DNA of 45,683 bases, taken from Pseudomonadota bacterium (GTDB lineage: Bacteria > Pseudomonadota > Alphaproteobacteria > Rhizobiales > Xanthobacteraceae). The DNA is taken from positions 1-45,683 of the forward strand of contig JAEZFA010000249.1 of NCBI GenBank assembly GCA_023417665.1, written 5' to 3'. Below the pieces are notes generated by a model, which was not told the DNA's origin, searched no databases, and was given only the letters and a program-made list of their open reading frames with translations. The translations under genes were made by a program, and so were the position numbers. How positions within the stretch are numbered: position 1 is the first letter of the stretch; each line of letters starts with the position of its first letter. Shown one piece after another: positions 42,478 to 45,683 of the stretch.

Positions 42478-43413
42478 CTACTGATGGCTCTCGCGCCATT
42501 GCTTGAGATAGCCGCGGGCGAAGTCGTGAAATGTTCTGGTCAGGCGACGGCGCGCAAGCCGGCGTAGCGAGACGAGCACGACATTGAGCGGCCGCAAGGA
42601 CTCCTGCAGTTCGAGACGAACGACTTCGCAGCCGTCGTAAGTAAGCGATACGCGGGGATTGAGGTTGAGAAGCGAATAGCCGAGCCCGTTGCCGACAAGG
42701 GAGCGGACCGCTTCGAACGAAGTCGAGCGATAGCGGATTTTCGGCTCCAGCCGCTGGCTGTAAAAGATCGAGAGAAAATATTGCCGCGTGTGCGGCAGAT
42801 CCATCAGGATGAACGGCTCCTCGATCAACTCGGCGAGCTTCACGCTCTTGCGGCCGGCAAGCGGGTGCGAGGCGGGGACGATTACGAAAGGCGGCAGTTC
42901 GGCCATGTGGACGGCGTCATAGGCGTCGGAAATATCGAGATCGAAGGTGAGCGCGAGTTCGATCAGGCCGCTGCTCAAGCCTTGCAGTATCTGCTCCTGG
43001 TCGCCGATGTGAATGTTCACCTGTATGCTCGGATAGGCCGTGTTAAATTCGGCGAGCATCTGCGCGAACATGATCGGCGCCAGATTGGTGAAGCAGCCGA
43101 TCGAAACTTCGCCTTCGATGCCGCTGCCCAGCGCGCCGGCGATCACTTCGAACTCGTCGGCGTGTGCGAGCAGACCGCGCGCTTCCAGCGAGAGAATTTC
43201 GCCTGATCGCGTCGGCACGAGGCCTTTGGCGGGCTTGCGTACGAAGAGCTGAATGCCGAGCCGGCTTTCGATGTTGCTCACCGCGGCGGAAATCGCCGCC
43301 TGACTGCGGCCGAGTTTTTCCGCCGCACCCGCGACGCTTCCGGTCTCCGCGACCGTCACGAGCGCGCGCAATTCCCGCAGCGAAAAGTAGTTCAGTTTTT
43401 TCGAATTACTCAT
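42478..43413 (-). CDS. LysR-family transcriptional regulator
   Basis: 311 aa from 'MSNSKKLNYFSLRELRALVTVAETGSVAGAAEKLGRSQAAISAAVSNIESRLG'. The 420-aa ORF-track version adds an Arg/Pro-rich artefactual extension. Confidence 0.85.
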   Translation of the reverse strand: MSNSKKLNYFSLRELRALVTVAETGSVAGAAEKLGRSQAAISAAVSNIESRLGIQLFVRKPAKGLVPTRSGEILSLEARGLLAHADEFEVIAGALGSGIEGEVSIGCFTNLAPIMFAQMLAEFNTAYPSIQVNIHIGDQEQILQGLSSGLIELALTFDLDISDAYDAVHMAELPPFVIVPASHPLAGRKSVKLAELIEEPFILMDLPHTRQYFLSIFYSQRLEPKIRYRSTSFEAVRSLVGNGLGYSLLNLNPRVSLTYDGCEVVRLELQESLRPLNVVLVSLRRLARRRLTRTFHDFARGYLKQWRESHQ

Positions 43414-43455
43414 TTCAGATATTCCGAGTTTTCGAATGATGCATTTGCGGCAAGG

Positions 43456-43472
43456 ATATTGCAACGCAATAT
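43456..43472. promoter_or_regulatory. 7-3-7 perfect palindrome in the LysR/nitrilase divergent spacer (LysR T-N11-A type)
   Basis: ATATTGC-AAC-GCAATAT, centred 33 nt upstream of the nitrilase ATG. Confidence 0.5.
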
Positions 43473-43496
43473 TCAAGGCCGCTGAAGTCGAAAAGC

Positions 43497-44573
43497 ATGA
43501 AAAATCAAGGCACTGGTAGTTTGGGTAAGGTCGTTGTCGCTGCCGCGCAGGTCGTGGCCCCGCTTTTCGATATTCGTGCTGCCGTGGCCAAATGTTGCGG
43601 GGTAATTGCCGAGGCCGCGGCGCAGGGGGCCCGGCTTGTCGTGTTTCCCGAGTCGTTCCTGCCGGGGTTCCCGATTTGGAACGGGCTGTACCGGCCGATC
43701 GACGGACACTCCTTCTTCCGCCGCTTCGCCGAGAATTCACTCGACGTGAACAGCGAGCTTTTCGCCGAGATTTGCGCGGCCGCCGCGCGGCACCGGATCT
43801 TCGTCAATCTGGGTTTCTCCGAGCGCTCCTCCGCCAGCCGCGGCTGTCTTTGGAACAGCCAGGTCCTGATCGGCGACAACGGCGCGGTCCTGAACCATCA
43901 CCGCAAGCTCGTTCCGACGTTCTACGAGCAACTGTCCTGGAACCGCGGTGATGCGTTGGGGCTTCGGGTCATCGACACCGCCATCGGCCGGGTCGGCGGC
44001 CTGATCTGCGGCGAGAACAACAATCCGCTAGCACGCTATGTGCTGATGAGCGGTGCGGAAGAAATCCACTGCGCAAACTATCCCTCGATCTGGCCGTTTC
44101 GCGATCCGCGCGCGAGCGCGCCCTATGATTTGCGAAAGGCGATTCATTTCCGCGCCGCCGCGCACAGTTTCGAAGCCAAGGTCTTCACGATCGTCAGCGC
44201 CAGCGTGCTGGACGACGAAACGGTCGCCATCGTCAGCGAAGGCAATGGCGAGATCGAAGCAATCATGCGCGCCTGTCCGCAGGCCTGCTCGATGGTGATT
44301 TCCCCGATGGGTGACATCATCGCGGAGAAGGCGCCGGGCGAAGAGGGGCTGCTGCTTGCCGAGATCGATCTCGCGGGTCTGGTCGAACTGAAGCAGCACC
44401 ACGACATGGCCGGCTACTACAATCGCAGCGAACTGTTCCGCGTCGGTCTGATCCGCGAACGGCCTCGCACGCTCGATAGCTCGGACGCGGCCGAGATCGA
44501 GCGCGTGCCGCAGGATGGCATCGAGGATACTTTCGGGCGGCGCGATCTCTCGCTTCAGGTGGCCGCGCAATGA
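43497..44573 (+). CDS. Nitrilase-superfamily C-N hydrolase (nitrilase/cyanide-hydratase branch-like)
   Basis: 358 aa. Glu in 'VVFPESFLPGFPIW', Lys in 'HRKLVPT', Cys in 'GGLICGENNNPL'. Confidence 0.85.
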   Translation: MKNQGTGSLGKVVVAAAQVVAPLFDIRAAVAKCCGVIAEAAAQGARLVVFPESFLPGFPIWNGLYRPIDGHSFFRRFAENSLDVNSELFAEICAAAARHRIFVNLGFSERSSASRGCLWNSQVLIGDNGAVLNHHRKLVPTFYEQLSWNRGDALGLRVIDTAIGRVGGLICGENNNPLARYVLMSGAEEIHCANYPSIWPFRDPRASAPYDLRKAIHFRAAAHSFEAKVFTIVSASVLDDETVAIVSEGNGEIEAIMRACPQACSMVISPMGDIIAEKAPGEEGLLLAEIDLAGLVELKQHHDMAGYYNRSELFRVGLIRERPRTLDSSDAAEIERVPQDGIEDTFGRRDLSLQVAAQ

Positions 44574-45355
44574 GCGCGCCGGCAAATCGCTCCGGCCGAT
44601 CCGGCTATGCGATCAGCGCTTTTGCGGTGGCGCTGGCGCTGCTTGCCTGGTTCGGTCTTTCGAGTTTCGTGCACCCGGTTCGCTTTCCCGTGCCTTCGGA
44701 CGTGCTGGAAGCATTCCGCCAGATCGCATTTGACGGCTATGCCGGCGGCACGCTGTTGATGCATGTGCTGCACAGCATTCGTCTTGCGCTGATGGGTTTC
44801 CTGGCGGCGATCAGCGTCGCGATCCCGGTCGGGATACTCATGGCGCTCGACAGGCGCATCGAAGCCGCGATCAATCCGATCATCTCGTTCATTCGACCGA
44901 TCCCGCCGCTTGCCTGGATTCCGGTGGCGATCATCTGGTTCGGTCTCGGCGACGGCGCAAAGATCTTTGTGATCTGGTTCACGGCCTTCGTGCCGGCGCT
45001 CATCAACACCTATAGCGGCGTGCAGGGCGTGGACAAGACCTTGATCGCAGCCGCAAGGGTGCACGGCGCACGCGGCTGGCGGCTCTTCGTCGATGTCATT
45101 CTTGCCGGCGCCATGCCGATGATCTTCGGCGGCTTACGGGTTTCGCTACAGGCGTCCTGGATGGCACTGGTCGCTGCCGAACTGGTCGGTGCGTTCTATG
45201 GGCTGGGTCGCGTGCTCACGATTGCGGCGCAGGATATTTATCCAGCCATGATCGCGGTCGCGATGATCTGCGTCGCGCTCGCCGGCGCGCTGATGACCAA
45301 GGGGCTCGACCTGATCGAACGCCGCGCGATGCCGTGGCTCAGGAGGCCGCTATGA
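44570..45355 (+). CDS. ABC permease (NitT/TauT family)
   Basis: 261 aa polytopic protein. 'FPVPSDVLEAF…' N-terminus. ATGA overlaps on both sides. Confidence 0.85.
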   Translation: MSAPANRSGRSGYAISAFAVALALLAWFGLSSFVHPVRFPVPSDVLEAFRQIAFDGYAGGTLLMHVLHSIRLALMGFLAAISVAIPVGILMALDRRIEAAINPIISFIRPIPPLAWIPVAIIWFGLGDGAKIFVIWFTAFVPALINTYSGVQGVDKTLIAAARVHGARGWRLFVDVILAGAMPMIFGGLRVSLQASWMALVAAELVGAFYGLGRVLTIAAQDIYPAMIAVAMICVALAGALMTKGLDLIERRAMPWLRRPL

Positions 45356-45683
45356 CGATGGCAGCAGTCTCTCCTTCTGCGGTCGATCGCGCGCAGGAAA
45401 TGCGGTGCCGGGGTGTCGCAAACTACAAGCTGATTTCCTTGGCGAGCGTGCTCGCGATGCTCGCGATATGGTCGGCGGTTTCGCTGGCGGGCATGGTTTC
45501 TTCCGCAGTGTTTCCGTCGCCGTGGGATATCCTGAGCGCGGGCTATCGTCTGGTCACGCAGGGCTTCACCGGCCATACGCTGCAATACCATCTGCTTTCG
45601 AGCCTGGGGCGCTTTGCCGCCGGGTTTTTGCTCGCGGCCGTCATCGGCATTCCGCTCGGTCTGGTGATGGGGTGGTCGCCGGT
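45352..45683 (+). CDS. Second ABC permease (NitT/TauT family), 3' end outside the window
   Basis: ATG 45352 (ATGA overlap). Translation 'MTMAAVSPSAV…FPSPWDILSAGYRLVTQGFTGHTLQYHLLSSLGRFAAGFLLAAVIGIPLGLVMGW' is paralogous to the preceding gene. Not in the ORF track because there is no stop in the window. Confidence 0.75.
   Translation, partial: MTMAAVSPSAVDRAQEMRCRGVANYKLISLASVLAMLAIWSAVSLAGMVSSAVFPSPWDILSAGYRLVTQGFTGHTLQYHLLSSLGRFAAGFLLAAVIGIPLGLVMGWSP

Noticed and set aside
43448-43463. Sigma-54-like element CGGCAAGGATATTGCA as a stand-alone promoter call.
   Set aside because: It has two mismatches in the -24 hexamer and coincides completely with a perfect LysR-type palindrome. I cannot tell signal from coincidence, so it is reported only as an alternative within the palindrome finding.
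43414-43740. N-terminal 108-aa extension of the LysR ORF (the 420-aa version in the ORF track).
   Set aside because: The extension is Arg/Pro/Gly-rich and overlaps the nitrilase gene and its promoter. The LysR HTH begins immediately after Met at 43413, which gives the standard length of about 311 aa.
1-45683. Search for CRISPR arrays, tRNA/rRNA, IS elements, integrases, toxin-antitoxin pairs, retron or other defence-system hallmarks, and long direct or tandem repeats.
   Set aside because: I saw none on either strand. The only repeats are short palindromes and hairpins in intergenic regions, plus protein-level paralogy among reductases, HpaB proteins, M20 proteins, permeases and LysR regulators.

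Overview
This is a high-GC segment with Rhizobiales-like gene content; the taxon cannot be fixed from sequence alone. I support 47 protein-coding genes, and 43 of them lie on the + strand. The four minus-strand genes are all transcription factors (3 LysR, 1 MarR). Three of them are divergent from the operon they probably control.

The window reads as a chain of catabolic or nitrogen-scavenging modules. Most pair an uptake system with C-N hydrolases or flavin oxygenases:
1. GntR (partial), RidA, hydantoinase/oxoprolinase A+B, TRAP DctPQM and an enolase-superfamily enzyme (1-8587).
2. LysR divergent from an M20-like protein, an M20D aminoacylase, DUF1028, an AroQ-like protein and a GhrA-like dehydrogenase (8624-14478).
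3. A near-consensus sigma-54 promoter, then a PotDBCA-like ABC importer and a YibF-like GST (14700-19269).
4. HpaB-like oxygenase, M28 peptidase and flavin reductase (19394-22627).
5. MarR divergent from flavin reductase, HpaB-like oxygenase, cupin, LivKHMGF-like importer, DUF2848 and an amidase (22712-32468).
6. An ATZ/TRZ-type amidohydrolase, a NitT/TauT ABC importer and an SABP2-like esterase (32830-37531).
7. LysR divergent from an acyl-CoA-dehydrogenase-fold monooxygenase, a flavin reductase and a frameshifted family III CoA-transferase (37577-41789).
8. A small exported Cys-rich protein (41960-42430).
9. LysR divergent from a nitrilase and two NitT/TauT permeases, running off the window (42478-45683).

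I found no rRNA, tRNA, CRISPR array, transposase, integrase, phage gene or recognisable defence gene.

The most unusual observations are:
- Three enzymes whose family is clear but whose canonical catalytic or metal residues are replaced: the AroQ-like lid Arg/Tyr, the site-2 metal ligands of the first M20, and the beta6-His and beta8-Asp of the amidohydrolase.
- Gene combinations that match no pathway I know: M20D-DUF1028-AroQ-like-GhrA joined by ATGA overlaps, and HpaB-M28-reductase.
- A textbook sigma-54 promoter with no activator gene in the window.
- Structured leaders and palindromic operators.
- A single-base frameshift in the CoA-transferase.

All family calls rest on motifs I recognise by eye. 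No database search was run.
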